64,000 bases of DNA from Emiliania huxleyi CCMP1516 (Eukaryota). The notes under the pieces were generated by a model, which saw only the letters and a list, made by a program, of their open reading frames with translations, ran no database searches and had not been told where the DNA came from. The stretch is from positions 186,001 to 250,000 of the forward strand of contig NW_005202428.1 of assembly GCF_000372725.1 (NCBI RefSeq), given 5' to 3'. Position numbers and translations under genes: made by a program. This document shows positions 1-10,263 of this stretch, piece by piece. Numbering within the stretch: position 1 is the stretch's first letter; each line of letters opens with the position of its first letter.

Positions 1-138
1 CACGGCACCCATCGCGGAAACAAGTCACGCTTGCTGTCACGCCGCACGCACATGCAGGTTGTGATTCGCATAGCGACTATTTCGCTGCCTGCCGCCCTCT
101 CCGACCCTCACGCTCCTTCACGCACCACACCGCTCGTG

Positions 139-1683
139 TCACCCCCCGGGCAACTCCTTGGCCATGATGCGCGAGTTCCCAAACGGGTCGAGCAGCAGGG
201 CCCACAGCCGAGGCTCGAGTGGCTGCTCCGCGTCGTACCCGCACCGGCTCCAGAAGCCGCCGCAGTCCAGTCCGGCGCACGCGGCGACGCAGCGCACACC
301 GCGAGCGGCCAGCCAGCCCTCGAGGCCGCGCAGCAGCCCGCTCCCCAGCCCGCTGCGCCCGCGGCCCCGCGCGACGGCGAGGAGCAGCAGCTCCGCAAAG
401 CCGGCCGCGCGGTGCTCGCGGAACGTGCACGCCGCCACGAGCCGGTCGCCCTGCCACAGCACGCAGCTCGTGCCCGCGTCGCGCACGTCGCCCAAAAAGT
501 CGGTCCGCGCGCCGCGCCGGCGGCGGCCGCTGCTCGAGCCGGCGGCGGCGGCGGCGTAGTCGACGCTGCAGTGCGGCAGCCGCGCGCGGTAGAGCTCCAG
601 CGCCTCCTCGAGCAGAAAGTACTCGCCATCCCCTCCGCCGAGCACCGCCGCCGTGCAGCCCTCCGGCAACAGACACGCGGGCAGCGCCGCCGCCGCCGCA
701 CCGCCACCGCCGCACCGCGAGGCCGCCGCCGACTCACGGCGAGGCCGGCGCACTCCGGCGCCTCCAGCCACCTCGCCGCCGCCTCTCTCTCCGCCTCCAG
801 CCACCTCGCCGCCGCCTCTCTCTCCGCCTCCGGCCACCTCGCCGCCGCCTCTCGCCTCTCCGCCTCCGCCCTGCGCCGCCGCACGGGCGGGGGCCGGCTC
901 TGCATTGGGCGCGACGTTCTCGCCCGACGCCTCGGCCGGCGCACCCATGGCCGCCCCTCCCCCTCCGGCCGCGTCTTCTGGCCCGGCCTCTCCACCCGCC
1001 GGAGGACCTCGTCTCTTGCGGCGCACGCCATCGGGCCTTCGACACTGTCGCGGCGGCGGCGGCGCTTGCGGCGGCGGCGCTCGCGGCGGCGGCGCTCGCA
1101 GCGGCGGCGCTTGCGGCGGCGGCGCTTGCGGCGGCGGTGCTTGGGGCGGCGGTGGGCAGAGCCGCTCCCCAGAGGCGATGGCGTCGAGCAGCGCCGCCTC
1201 CGATGCACCCATGAGGCGCCGCCACCCATCACCAACCGCCTCCCAGGCGGCGACCGGCTCAGCGCTGTCGTCGTTGCGTTCGACCACCGCGCCGGCTGCG
1301 GTGAGGATGGCGAGGAGCTCCGCTGTCGGCACACGCGTGCCCTCTGCCACCTCCACCCGAAGCCCGCACAGCACCGGAGGTTCGCCCTCTGCCCGGCGGA
1401 GGCGCGCCGAGCGGCAGCCGGGGATGCCGCACTCAAACGGGGCTGGGTCGAGCGGTCGGCCAGCCGCAGCACTCTCGATCAGCCAGGAAGCCTCGACGAC
1501 CCAGGCGCCCCGCGAGAGCGCGTGCAGCAGCTTGAGCGTGCGCCGGACCGGTTGCCCGACGACGAGGATATCCGCCTCGCGCGGCCCAACCGTGCGGCAG
1601 CGGAGGGCGCGCTGCGCCGCCTTGGCCGCCGAGGGCACCTCGCCGCTGAGGGCGATGCGCGGAGGGCGCGCCGCGGTTACCAT
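139..1683 (-). CDS. BRCT-domain + GNAT (GCN5-like) acetyltransferase protein
   Basis: N-terminal BRCT signature (RRTLKLLHALSRGAWVVEASWLIES), a Pro/Gly-rich linker and a C-terminal GNAT fold (FAELLLLAVARGRGRSGLGSGLL...GGFWSRCGY). First ATG at 1683. Confidence 0.72.
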   Translation of the reverse strand: MVTAARPPRIALSGEVPSAAKAAQRALRCRTVGPREADILVVGQPVRRTLKLLHALSRGAWVVEASWLIESAAAGRPLDPAPFECGIPGCRSARLRRAEGEPPVLCGLRVEVAEGTRVPTAELLAILTAAGAVVERNDDSAEPVAAWEAVGDGWRRLMGASEAALLDAIASGERLCPPPPQAPPPQAPPPQAPPLRAPPPRAPPPQAPPPPRQCRRPDGVRRKRRGPPAGGEAGPEDAAGGGGAAMGAPAEASGENVAPNAEPAPARAAAQGGGGEARGGGEVAGGGERGGGEVAGGGERGGGEVAGGAGVRRPRRESAAASRCGGGGAAAAALPACLLPEGCTAAVLGGGDGEYFLLEEALELYRARLPHCSVDYAAAAAGSSSGRRRRGARTDFLGDVRDAGTSCVLWQGDRLVAACTFREHRAAGFAELLLLAVARGRGRSGLGSGLLRGLEGWLAARGVRCVAACAGLDCGGFWSRCGYDAEQPLEPRLWALLLDPFGNSRIMAKELPGG

Positions 1684-1778
1684 CCGCGTCGAGGGCGGCA
1701 CTTCGGGCGGGAAGCGCCGCGGAAGAATTCAAAATCCCAACAAAAGGCCCTGCGAAGAAATCAGGCCATCTCTGGAGT

Positions 1779-3224
1779 AAGTCCACCCCGATCTCGCGCC
1801 GCCTCGCCGCCTCCTCCACCGCCGCTCTCCCGCCAAGCACGCCGCCGCCCATCCGCCTCCTCGACCTCCCCACGGACCTCCTCGTGCGCGTCGTCTCTCG
1901 CTGCGACGGCCCCGTCGACATCGCTCGCGTCGCGGCCGTCTCGCTGCTCTTCCACGCCTCGCTTGCGGTGGAGGGCATCCGCTTGTGGGCGCAAGAGCGC
2001 GGCTACGCGCTGCCGGCGCAGCCGGAGAGCGAGGGCTGCGCCGTGCGGTGGCTGTGCTTTTCTGCGCTGCTGTGCGAGTCCAACCCGCTGGCGAGGGCGG
2101 CGGCAGGCGAACTCCACAGCGTTTTCATCGACGGCGAGGGGCGGCTCTCGTCGTGCGGCAGTGAGGCAGGCAATTCAGGGCTGCTCGGTCACGGCGAGGG
2201 CGTGACGCAGCTCAACACGCCGACCCGCCTGTCCTCCCCGCTGGGAGAGCGCGCCGTGAGCGTGGCGGCTGGAGATGGGCACAGCCTCGCCCTCACCGCC
2301 AACGGGGCTGTCTGGAGCTGGGGCGATGGCTACGATGGCAAGCTGGGCCACGGCGACGAGCAGCACCAGTGGCAGCCAAAGAAGGTCGAGGCCTTTGGTG
2401 AGCCCGTCGTCGCTGTCTCGGCGGGAGGCAGCCACAGCCTCGCCCTCGCCGCTAACGGCAGTGTCTGGAGCTGGGGCCACGGGGGAGGAGGGCGGTTGGG
2501 CCACGGCGACGAGCAGAGCCAGCTGCTGCCGAAGAAGGTCGAGGCCTTGGCTGGTCAGCGCGTCGTCGCTGTCTCGGCGGGAGGCTTCCACAGCTTCGCC
2601 CTCACCGCCGACGGCAGCGTCTGGAGCTGGGGCAATGGAGGCCATGGCCGGTTGGGCCACGGCGACGAGCAGGACCAGCTGCTGCCAAAGAAGATGGAGG
2701 CCTTCGCTGGGCGGCGCGTCGTCGTTGTATCGGCTGGATATAGCCACAGCCTCGCCCTCACCGCCGGCGGCGCCGTCTGGAGCTGGGGCTCGGGAAGCGA
2801 AAGCCGGTTGGGCCACGGTGACGCGCAGATCCAGCTGCTGCCAAAGAAGATGGAGGCCTTGGCTGGTCGGCGCGTCGTTGCTGTGTCGGCTGGGCTGTAC
2901 CACAGCCTCACCCTCGCCGCCGACGGCGCCGTCTGGAGCTGGGGCTCTGGAGCCTATGGCCGGTTGGGCCACGGCGACGAGCAGCGCCAGCTACTGCCCA
3001 AGAAGGTCGAGGCCTTCGCTAGGCAGCGCGTCGTCGCTGTGTCGGCGGGAGATGTGCACAGCATCGCCCTCACCGCCGGCGGCGCCGTCTTCGCCTGGGG
3101 CCAGGGCGACGACGGCTGCCTAGGCCACGGGGAGGACCTGTCGGACCAGCTGCTGCCCAAGGAGGTAGAGGCGTGGACGGCAAGGGAGTTTGGGGCCCTA
3201 GATCGGACCAACGGAGCATGTTGA
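1779..3224 (+). CDS. F-box-like + RCC1-repeat protein (start codon appears mutated ATG>AAG; possible pseudogene)
   Basis: About 7 RCC1 repeats (VVAVSAGxxHSLALTADGAVWSWGxGxxGRLGHGD) and N-terminal LLDLPTDLLVRVVSRC. The paralog at 61523 starts ATGTCCACCCCG; here it is AAGTCCACCCCG in the same frame. Confidence 0.8.
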   Translation, partial: KSTPISRRLAASSTAALPPSTPPPIRLLDLPTDLLVRVVSRCDGPVDIARVAAVSLLFHASLAVEGIRLWAQERGYALPAQPESEGCAVRWLCFSALLCESNPLARAAAGELHSVFIDGEGRLSSCGSEAGNSGLLGHGEGVTQLNTPTRLSSPLGERAVSVAAGDGHSLALTANGAVWSWGDGYDGKLGHGDEQHQWQPKKVEAFGEPVVAVSAGGSHSLALAANGSVWSWGHGGGGRLGHGDEQSQLLPKKVEALAGQRVVAVSAGGFHSFALTADGSVWSWGNGGHGRLGHGDEQDQLLPKKMEAFAGRRVVVVSAGYSHSLALTAGGAVWSWGSGSESRLGHGDAQIQLLPKKMEALAGRRVVAVSAGLYHSLTLAADGAVWSWGSGAYGRLGHGDEQRQLLPKKVEAFARQRVVAVSAGDVHSIALTAGGAVFAWGQGDDGCLGHGEDLSDQLLPKEVEAWTAREFGALDRTNGAC

Positions 3225-3323
3225 AGCCAGCCGCGTGGCGTGGCTGCGGCAGGGTATGGGTCACAGTGCCATAAAATTAGCGCCGCGCCGCGCGGCTCGG
3301 TCGCGCGCCCCCTCGGCTCTGGC

Positions 3324-3376
3324 AAAGAAAGAAAGAAAACGGACAACCCAAGGGAGGGATGGGAGGACGGCACGCG
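3324..3376 (-). mobile_element. Short 3' tail of CRE-like non-LTR retroelement (tail A)
   Basis: AAAGAAAGAAAACGGACAACCCAAGGGAGGGATGGGAGGACGGCACGC matches 16014-16066, 61378-61428 and the reverse complement of the element end at 47145-47195. Confidence 0.7.
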
Positions 3377-3451
3377 TAGAGAAAGTGGGCGCGCGCCGGT
3401 CGCGCGGTTTCTTCTCCCCGCTGAGGTGCCCATCTCTCCTCTGCTGACACG

Positions 3452-6400
3452 ATGAGATTGCTCAAGCCCGACGGCCTCGTCTCCGGCCTCCTCGCCGGCC
3501 TGCTTGCCACCGCCCCGCTGCACAACGGCGCGCTCTCGGCTACCGCGCGCCCTTCTCTCGGCACCACCTTGGAGGCCCGCCAGGCCTCGGCGTTGCCGAC
3601 TGTGGCGCTGGCCGAGGTGGCAGAGGCACCGCCTCCCGGGTGCACCGGCGAGTGCCTCAAGGAGTTCAAGGCGTACCAGAAGGAGGAGGCGGCCCGCGCA
3701 GCGCGGCGTGCCAAGGCCCAGAAGGCGCTCGAAAAGATGGCGGCGCAGGGCTCGAACGTGGCGGCCGACATTCTCGACGACGAGGCGGCGGCTCCCGATG
3801 TGTCGCCGGCGGAGAAGAAGGCGATTGAGGCGGAAAAGGCTGCGGGGCAGGCGGCCGCTGCGGCGCAGGCGGAGAAGGAGCGCGCCGCGCAGCAGGTCGC
3901 GGCCAAGGCGCGGGCGGCGGAGGAGGCTTCCTCCGCCAAGCAGCAGGCTGCAGAGGCGGCGGCACAGAAGAAGGCGGCGGAGGCGGAGGCGAAAGCCCGG
4001 GCGGCGGCGGATGCCAAGGCAGCCAAGGAGGCCGCCGCACAGCAGGCGGCAGCCGACAAGGCGGCGGCGGCGGAGGCAAAGGCGCGGGCGGCGGAGGAGG
4101 CTGCCGCCGCAAAGCAGCGTGCGACGGAGGAGGCGGCAACGAAGAAGAAGGCGGATGCGGAGGCGAAGGAGGCTGCCGCTGCCGATGCCAAGGCGGCGAA
4201 GGAGGCTGCCGCACAGCAGGCGGCGGCCGACAAGGCGGCGGCGGCGGAAGCCAAGGCGCGGGCAGAAGAGGAGAGAGAGAGGACAGACACATGCAAACGA
4301 CGTTCGCTCTGTCTGACTGCACAGGCGCGGGCGGCCGAGGAGGCCAAGGCAGCCAAGGAGGCGGCGGCGCAGAAGGCGGCGGCGGACAAGGCGGCGGCGG
4401 CGGAAGCCAAGGCGCGGGGCTGCTCAAGAGGAGAGAGGTGAGCTGCCATGTCGCCCCTCGCCCTGACCTCCGCTCCTCTCTCTCCACAGGCGCGGGCGGC
4501 GGAGGAGGCTGCCTCCGCCAAGCAGCAGGCTGCAGAGGCGGCGGCACAGAAGAAGGCGGCGGAGGCGGAGGCGAAAGCCCGGGCGGCGGCGGATGCCAAG
4601 GCGGCGAAGGAGGCCGCCGCGCAGCAGGCGGCGGCCGACAAGGCGGCGGCGGCGGAGGCAAAGGCGCGGGCGGCGGAGGAGGCTGCCGCCGCAAAGCAGC
4701 GTGCGACGGAGGAGGCGCGTGACGAGCTCACCGCTCCTGCTCCATGAACTCCTTCGTAGTACTCGTGACGGATACACGCGCTGTTGCGTTCAGGCGCGTG
4801 CAAAGCTCGCTGCGGCGCAGTCGGCGACGCCCGAGGAGGCCAAGGCAGCCAAGGAGGCTGCGGCACAGCAGGCGGCGGCCGACAAGGCGGCGGCGGCGGA
4901 AGCCAAGGCGCGGGCAGAAGAGGGGAGAGAGAGGATAGACACATCCAACGACGTTCGCTCTGTCTGATTGCGCAGGCGCGGGCGGCCGAGGAGGCCAAGG
5001 CAGCCAAGGAGGCGGCGGCGCAGAAGAAGGCGGCGGACGCCAAGGCGGCGGCGGCAGCCAAGGCGCAAGCGGCGGAGGAGGCTGCCGCCGCAAAGCAGCG
5101 GGCGACGGAGGAGGCGGCCGCTGCAAAGCAGCGTGCCGCTTCGGAGGCGGCGGCGAAGAAGGCGGCGGAGGCGGAGGAGCAGGCGGCAGTCAAGAGCAAG
5201 TTGGAGCAGTCCAAGGTGGCGGCCGCACAGAAGGCGGCGGCCGACAAGGCGGCGGCGGCGGAGGCAAAGGCGCGGGGCTGCTCAAGAGGAGAGAGGTGAG
5301 TTGCCATGTCGCCCCTCGCCCTGACCTCCGCTCCTCTCTCTCCACAGGCGCGGGCGGCGGAGGAGGCTGCCGCCGCAAAGCAGCGGGCGACGGAGGAGGC
5401 GGCAGCGAAGAAGGCGGCGGAGGCGGAAGCGAAGGAGGCTGCCGCGGCCGATGCCAAGGCGGCGAAGGAGGCTGCGGCACAGCAGGCGGCGGCCGACAAG
5501 GCGGCGGCGGCGGAGGCAAAAGCGCGGGCGGCGGAGGAGGCTGCCGCCGCAAAGCAGCGTGCGACGTCGGAGGCGGCGGCGAAGAAGGCGGCGGAGGCGG
5601 AGGCGAAGGAGGCTGCCGCTGCGGAGGCGGCTCGGCAGAGGGCATCCGAGGCGTCGTCTCTCGCCGCCGAGGCGCGAGATGACCCGAGATGTGGGGGAGA
5701 TCTGGCGAGATGACCCGAGATGTGGGGGAGATCTGGCGAGATGACCCGAGATGTGGGGGAGATCTGGCGAGATGACCCGAGATGTGGGGGAGATCTGGCG
5801 AGATGACCCGAGATGTGGGGGAGATCTGGCGAGATGACCCGAGATGTGGGGGAGATCTGGCGTCGTCCCTCGCCGCCAAGGAGCCTCGGCCAGCCCTGCA
5901 GCCCGTCCTCCCAGACGCAACACCCGGACTCGAGCGNNNNNNNNNNNNNNNNNNNNNNNNNNNNNNNNNNNNNNNNNNNNNNNNNNNNNNNNNNNNNNNN
6001 NNNNNNNNNNNNNNNNNNNNNNNNNNNNNNNNNNNNCGTCTCCACGGCCGAGTCGGCGGCGCAAGCCGAGCTGCGCGCGGCCAAGGAGCGCGCGGCGGCG
6101 GCGGAGGCGGAGGCGTCGCGCGAGGCGGCCGGCGTGGAGCGGGAGGCGAAGGAGCGCGTCGACGCGGCGTCGGGCACTCTCTCGGCCGCCAAGGCGACGT
6201 CGCGCGCGCTCGAGAATGGGATCAGCGAGCGGGAGACGGCGCGGGCGGCGACGCAGAAGGAGTACGACGGCACCTTCATCCTCCGCTTCCAGAAGCGCGG
6301 CCAGCTCAAGGACGAGGTGGGAGATATGCGGAGAGATGCGGAGAGATGCGGAGAGATGCGGAGATGTGGGGAGATATGCTCAAGGGCGGGGCGGGCAAGG

Positions 6401-7116
6401 CTCGCGAAGGAGGCTTCCCGAGCCCGCCCCAGATGAGCCGAGCTCTGCGCTGCAGGTGAGCCGGCTCAAGAAGGAGATCAAGGAGGAGGCCAAGAAGCTC
6501 GAGAAGGCGGACAAGGCGGTCGAGCAGGCGAGCACCGCCTTCGACAAGCAAAAGGCGTACGCGGACAAGCAGCAGCAGGTCGCGAGCCCGCCTCCGTGCC
6601 GCCGAGATGTCGCCTGTGGGAGAGAGGAGAGCGACGGCGAGAGAGATGCCACGAGGGGTGGCGAGGCTCCCTAGCTCAACCGACGACCCTCGTGCCTCGG
6701 GATCGACGGCCGATCGTCACCCCCCTGTCGCGTTCAGTCCCTCTCCGCGTGCGATGCGAGATGTGGGGAGATGTGGGGAGATGCGGGAGATATGGGGAGA
6801 TGTGGCCCCCTCGCCGCGTGCGATGCGCCCTTCCCCCCTCTCACCCTTGCAAACTCCCGCAAAGGTGGGGCCGTCTGTCCTCCTCCCAGCCCTAGTTCGG
6901 ATGCGCGTTTTTCTTTGTTAGGTCGCGAGCAAGCTCCGCGCCGACGCGGCCGCCGCGGGCGAGAAGTCACTCGCCGCCGCGACGAAGAAGGCCGACTCGG
7001 CCGTGGCCGACGCCAAGAAGCAGGCGGCCGCGGCCGTCAAGGCGGCCGAGGGCAAGGCCAAGGCGCTTCTCAAGGAGGCGGACTCGCTGCAGGCCAAGGC
7101 CGACAAGCTGCGCTGA
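3452..7116 (+). CDS. Multi-exon Ala/Lys/Glu-rich repetitive coiled-coil protein with hydrophobic N-terminus
   Basis: AKAAKEAAAQQAAADKAAAAEAK repeats. Inferred introns 4256-4324, 4412-4489, 4715-4793, 4908-4975, 5270-5347, ~5672-5880, 6317-6455 and 6579-6921 restore one frame to TGA 7114-7116. Spans the gap 5937-6036. Confidence 0.75.
5677..5860. repeat. 31-bp minisatellite x6 (AGATGACCCGAGATGTGGGGGAGATCTGGCG), intronic
   Basis: Tandem copies directly visible. Confidence 0.95.
5937..6036. other. Assembly gap (100 N); others at 13568-13667, 38908-39007 and 40989-41088
   Basis: N runs. Confidence 0.99.
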
Positions 7117-7834
7117 CGTGTGCGTTGGGGCGTCGTGATGGCCCCCGTCTCTGTCGCGCGCGCGCGGTCGCACGGTTGCATGTGCATGAGGTCCATGTGT
7201 GGGGGGAGGCTGGCCTGTGTGATCTCCAGGCGTCGCGCCGCAGGCCCGCTCCACCCTCCATATTTTCCATCTCCCCCGATCTTACGTACACAAGGAGAGC
7301 CGTGTTTGCCGTAAAGGTGGTTAAAAGGTAAAACGGCCGTGAACGTGTCGCGCGTGTGGTGTGTCCGTGTGTCTGGGGGAGCCGGGAGAGCGGAGACGGA
7401 CTCCTCAACGCTGGTCGACGCTCGATGGACCCGCCGACGGCACTCTCCGCACGGGCCGCTAGACGCTAGCGCTCTACTATCACCTGCGGCTCAAGAGCCA
7501 AGACGGACGCGTTTTGACCCAATCAAAATCTACCTCAAGGATTTTTTGCTGATCAAAATTTGCGGTGGCCCGGATCGAAACCTGTGCTTTGGCCAAGTGC
7601 AAGTCCCGGTGGCCGGTGGCGCGCAAACTGCGGCACGGACACAGGTACACCACACGGGAGCCACCTAATCGGACACAAGTACACCACGCAAAAGAAAGAA
7701 TCCTTGCCGCTTTCTCGGCACGGTTCGGCAGCCACGTCCTCTTCCGTGCCGCCACGCAATGCTGGCTCGGCTGGCTCGGCTGGCTCTCGTGCCCAGGTCC
7801 TCCGACCCACGCACGCCAAGTGATGCATCGATGC

Positions 7835-7835
<1 letters not shown>

Positions 7836-7915
<80 letters not shown>
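7836..7915. repeat. (CT)n microsatellite
   Basis: Directly visible. Similar tracts: (AG)n 13669-13758, (GT)n 25485-25619, (CA)n 28717-28773, (GT)n/(GCGT)n 37190-37362. Confidence 0.95.
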
Positions 7916-7919
<4 letters not shown>

Positions 7920-8219
7920 CGGAGATCGCCAACTCCTCTCCCGACGAAGCTGCCCTCCGTCATCCTGGATGCTGGAACACCTGCCGCAGCATGGCCTCGT
8001 TCTCTGCAAACAGGTACCCGCACTTCCTTCCCTCCAGCCACTTTCGCACTGCCGCCAGGCTCTGAGCTGGCTGCACGCGGCGAAGGGATCTGGCCTTTGG
8101 CCGCGGCAAAGTGCAGCAGCTTCAGCAGCGCTGCCTCGCTGCCCAGACCAGCGAGAGCCTTGGAAAGATACGGACAGGCCTCCAGCAGAGCGCCAAGGCG
8201 TTGAATGGACTGCTGCTCG

Positions 8220-9107
8220 TTAAGGGGCATGCAGTTGACGGCGAGGCGTGCGCAGGTGCCCTCCCAAGCAACGTCTTGAGACACGCTCGACCCGTACTTC
8301 GTACACGTCGCGCTCATGTTCGCCAACATCTTTGGCGAGAGGAGCTGGGGCAGACCTGATTTCATCGGGCGACTGGAGTCCATCGGCTCGGACTGGGACC
8401 GAATGTGCGCCCTTCACGGCTGCCCGGAACGCGTCCCGCTTGCGGCTCTTCGGCAGGGCCAGTGCCGCTTTGAAGGCGAGTTCAAGCTTGCCCTCCCGGA
8501 CCGCCCACGGGACGAATGCATGGGTGCCACGCCCGTCGGCAGAGTCAATCTTGGGCAACGCCACAAGCACGCGACCGACGTACGCGGCAGGGTCCGAGGC
8601 GTGGCGATAACGCTCAAAGAAGAAGTCCATGCTCTCCTCGCTGCATTGCGATTTCTCCAGCCACGACAGCATGAGCTCCTCGGCCATGGCGGGCTCTTCG
8701 GGACACGTCCGGCACAGCCACTTTGCAAACACCTCTGGCCGAAAGGAGACGCCGCCGTGCAGGGTGTCATAGAGGGCAAGCATCAGAGGCATCGTGGGAT
8801 TGGCCACGGAGGAACTGGCGCCCGAGCCGCCGCGGCACTCCTCCACAACCTCACGCATGCGGGCCAACTCGGCATCTTTTGCTTTGAGCTGCTCGTCGAA
8901 CCTGCGCTTCTCTTCTGTCAGTTTGTGCGCTCCCTGCGACCGAATCGCCTCCTCTCGGGCGTACTCGGCGGCCTTGCGCCGATGCCATGCGTCTTCCTTT
9001 GCGGTGCCCCAGAAGCCGCTCATGCTCTGTACGAGGGGCGCTGCAACGCGCGCAACGCGACCTTCGACAGGGCGCTGCAACGCGCGCAACGTAGAACCCA
9101 AACTCAT
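8220..9107 (-). CDS. Hypothetical protein (coiled-coil segment), possibly continuing in another frame to ~8000
   Basis: Protein-like composition (HRRKAAEYAREEAIR...EEKRRFDEQLKAKDAELARMRE); no recognised domain. Confidence 0.35.
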   Translation of the reverse strand: MSLGSTLRALQRPVEGRVARVAAPLVQSMSGFWGTAKEDAWHRRKAAEYAREEAIRSQGAHKLTEEKRRFDEQLKAKDAELARMREVVEECRGGSGASSSVANPTMPLMLALYDTLHGGVSFRPEVFAKWLCRTCPEEPAMAEELMLSWLEKSQCSEESMDFFFERYRHASDPAAYVGRVLVALPKIDSADGRGTHAFVPWAVREGKLELAFKAALALPKSRKRDAFRAAVKGAHSVPVRADGLQSPDEIRSAPAPLAKDVGEHERDVYEVRVERVSRRCLGGHLRTPRRQLHAP

Positions 9108-9449
9108 TAAACCCTCGCCCCGCCAAAATAACCTTGCGAAATCGGCGTTCGGAGGTTCTGCGCGGCGAATTCTGCGATGTATAGATACAACAAGTAGACT
9201 CGAGATGACGTTCAATCGACGGGCGCCGGAGGGTTGTTAGCGACCATGTTTGTGACCAACCCTTCGCTCCATCATGTTGCCTTCGTTGTTGGCTAGCATC
9301 ACGATCTCGACGTCTCTCGACGGCCTCTCCCTGCGGCCACGGCATGGTCGCTCACTCCAACGGTCCGGCCCGTCGGCGCTCTCAGACTTTGAGGTGGGAT
9401 GGACGCCTCGCCCGTCAGAGACGGAAGACAGTGGCAGCACCGATCAGCT

Positions 9450-10022
9450 TCAGCCGAGCCCCGAGCCGTGGCAGCCCGACGGAGGTGACGAGCGGCTCGC
9501 CAACGGAGGCTTCGAGGACCCGCCGGCCTGTGCAGTGCTCGATGGGTCATCCGTACATGCGACGGAATTGTCGCCTGGGCAGCTCCCGCCCCAACGCGTC
9601 TCGTGTCTCGAGTCGTACGTGTTGGACGTCATTCCGATCGTGAGCTCGCCTCCTGCCGGCACCTCGACGTAGAAGATTTTTTCGTTGCCGGAGCCGCCAC
9701 AGGATGTGCGATACGTGTTGGGAGCGCCGACGGTGCTCGATGACAGCGGAGAGGTTTGAGTGGAGAGGTCCAGCGCCGTGTCGCAAGAAGATGGCCCGGG
9801 TGATGGCTCTGGCGATGGCGACGGCTCCATTCCCTGGTAAAAGTATACTGTTGATCCAAAAGCGCCAGGTGGAAGTCCGAGAGAGAGTAGAAGCAGTATG
9901 GAGGCCGAGGCGCGCAGGCGTATTGTCGTGATCCGCTTTAGCTTGCCCGAGTCCGCACCGCCCAGCGGCACACTCGGCGGCACTGACGACGGCATCCCAG
10001 GGCGCCGCAGCCCTTCCTCCAT
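9450..10022 (-). CDS. Extracellular Cys-containing beta-sandwich module (PPC/CUB-like), probable gene fragment
   Basis: Hydrophobic stretch (ASILLLLSLGLPPGAFG), PSPSPEPSP linker, then CDTALDL...SCGGSGNEKIFYVEVPAGGELTIGMTSNTYDSRHETRWGGSCPG...CTDD. Confidence 0.45.
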   Translation of the reverse strand: MEEGLRRPGMPSSVPPSVPLGGADSGKLKRITTIRLRASASILLLLSLGLPPGAFGSTVYFYQGMEPSPSPEPSPGPSSCDTALDLSTQTSPLSSSTVGAPNTYRTSCGGSGNEKIFYVEVPAGGELTIGMTSNTYDSRHETRWGGSCPGDNSVACTDDPSSTAQAGGSSKPPLASRSSPPSGCHGSGLG

Positions 10023-10263
10023 GCACCACCTGCCTGCTGGCTCGTGAGAGGGCTCCGATGCTGCCACCAATGTGGCCGCTGCGAGAGAATGTGACGTTAC
10101 ACTAGACGTTCGGAGGGAGAGGGGGGGGGGGGGGTTAGACGAGATTGGCCGCCGAGATGGGCCGCGATTTTTTGGCCCCTCACTGTAGTGAAATTCACAA
10201 ACAGCGCACAACTATTCTGAGCGGCGCGCGAGCGGTCGCGCGGTCGGGATGCACTCCCCACGT

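Noticed and set aside
31..6309. Long shadow ORFs (31..2205+, 108..1472-, 3277..6309-; likewise 50391..52628+, 61234..62898+)
   Set aside because: Arg/Ala/Pro-rich antisense or off-frame products of high-GC genuine genes.
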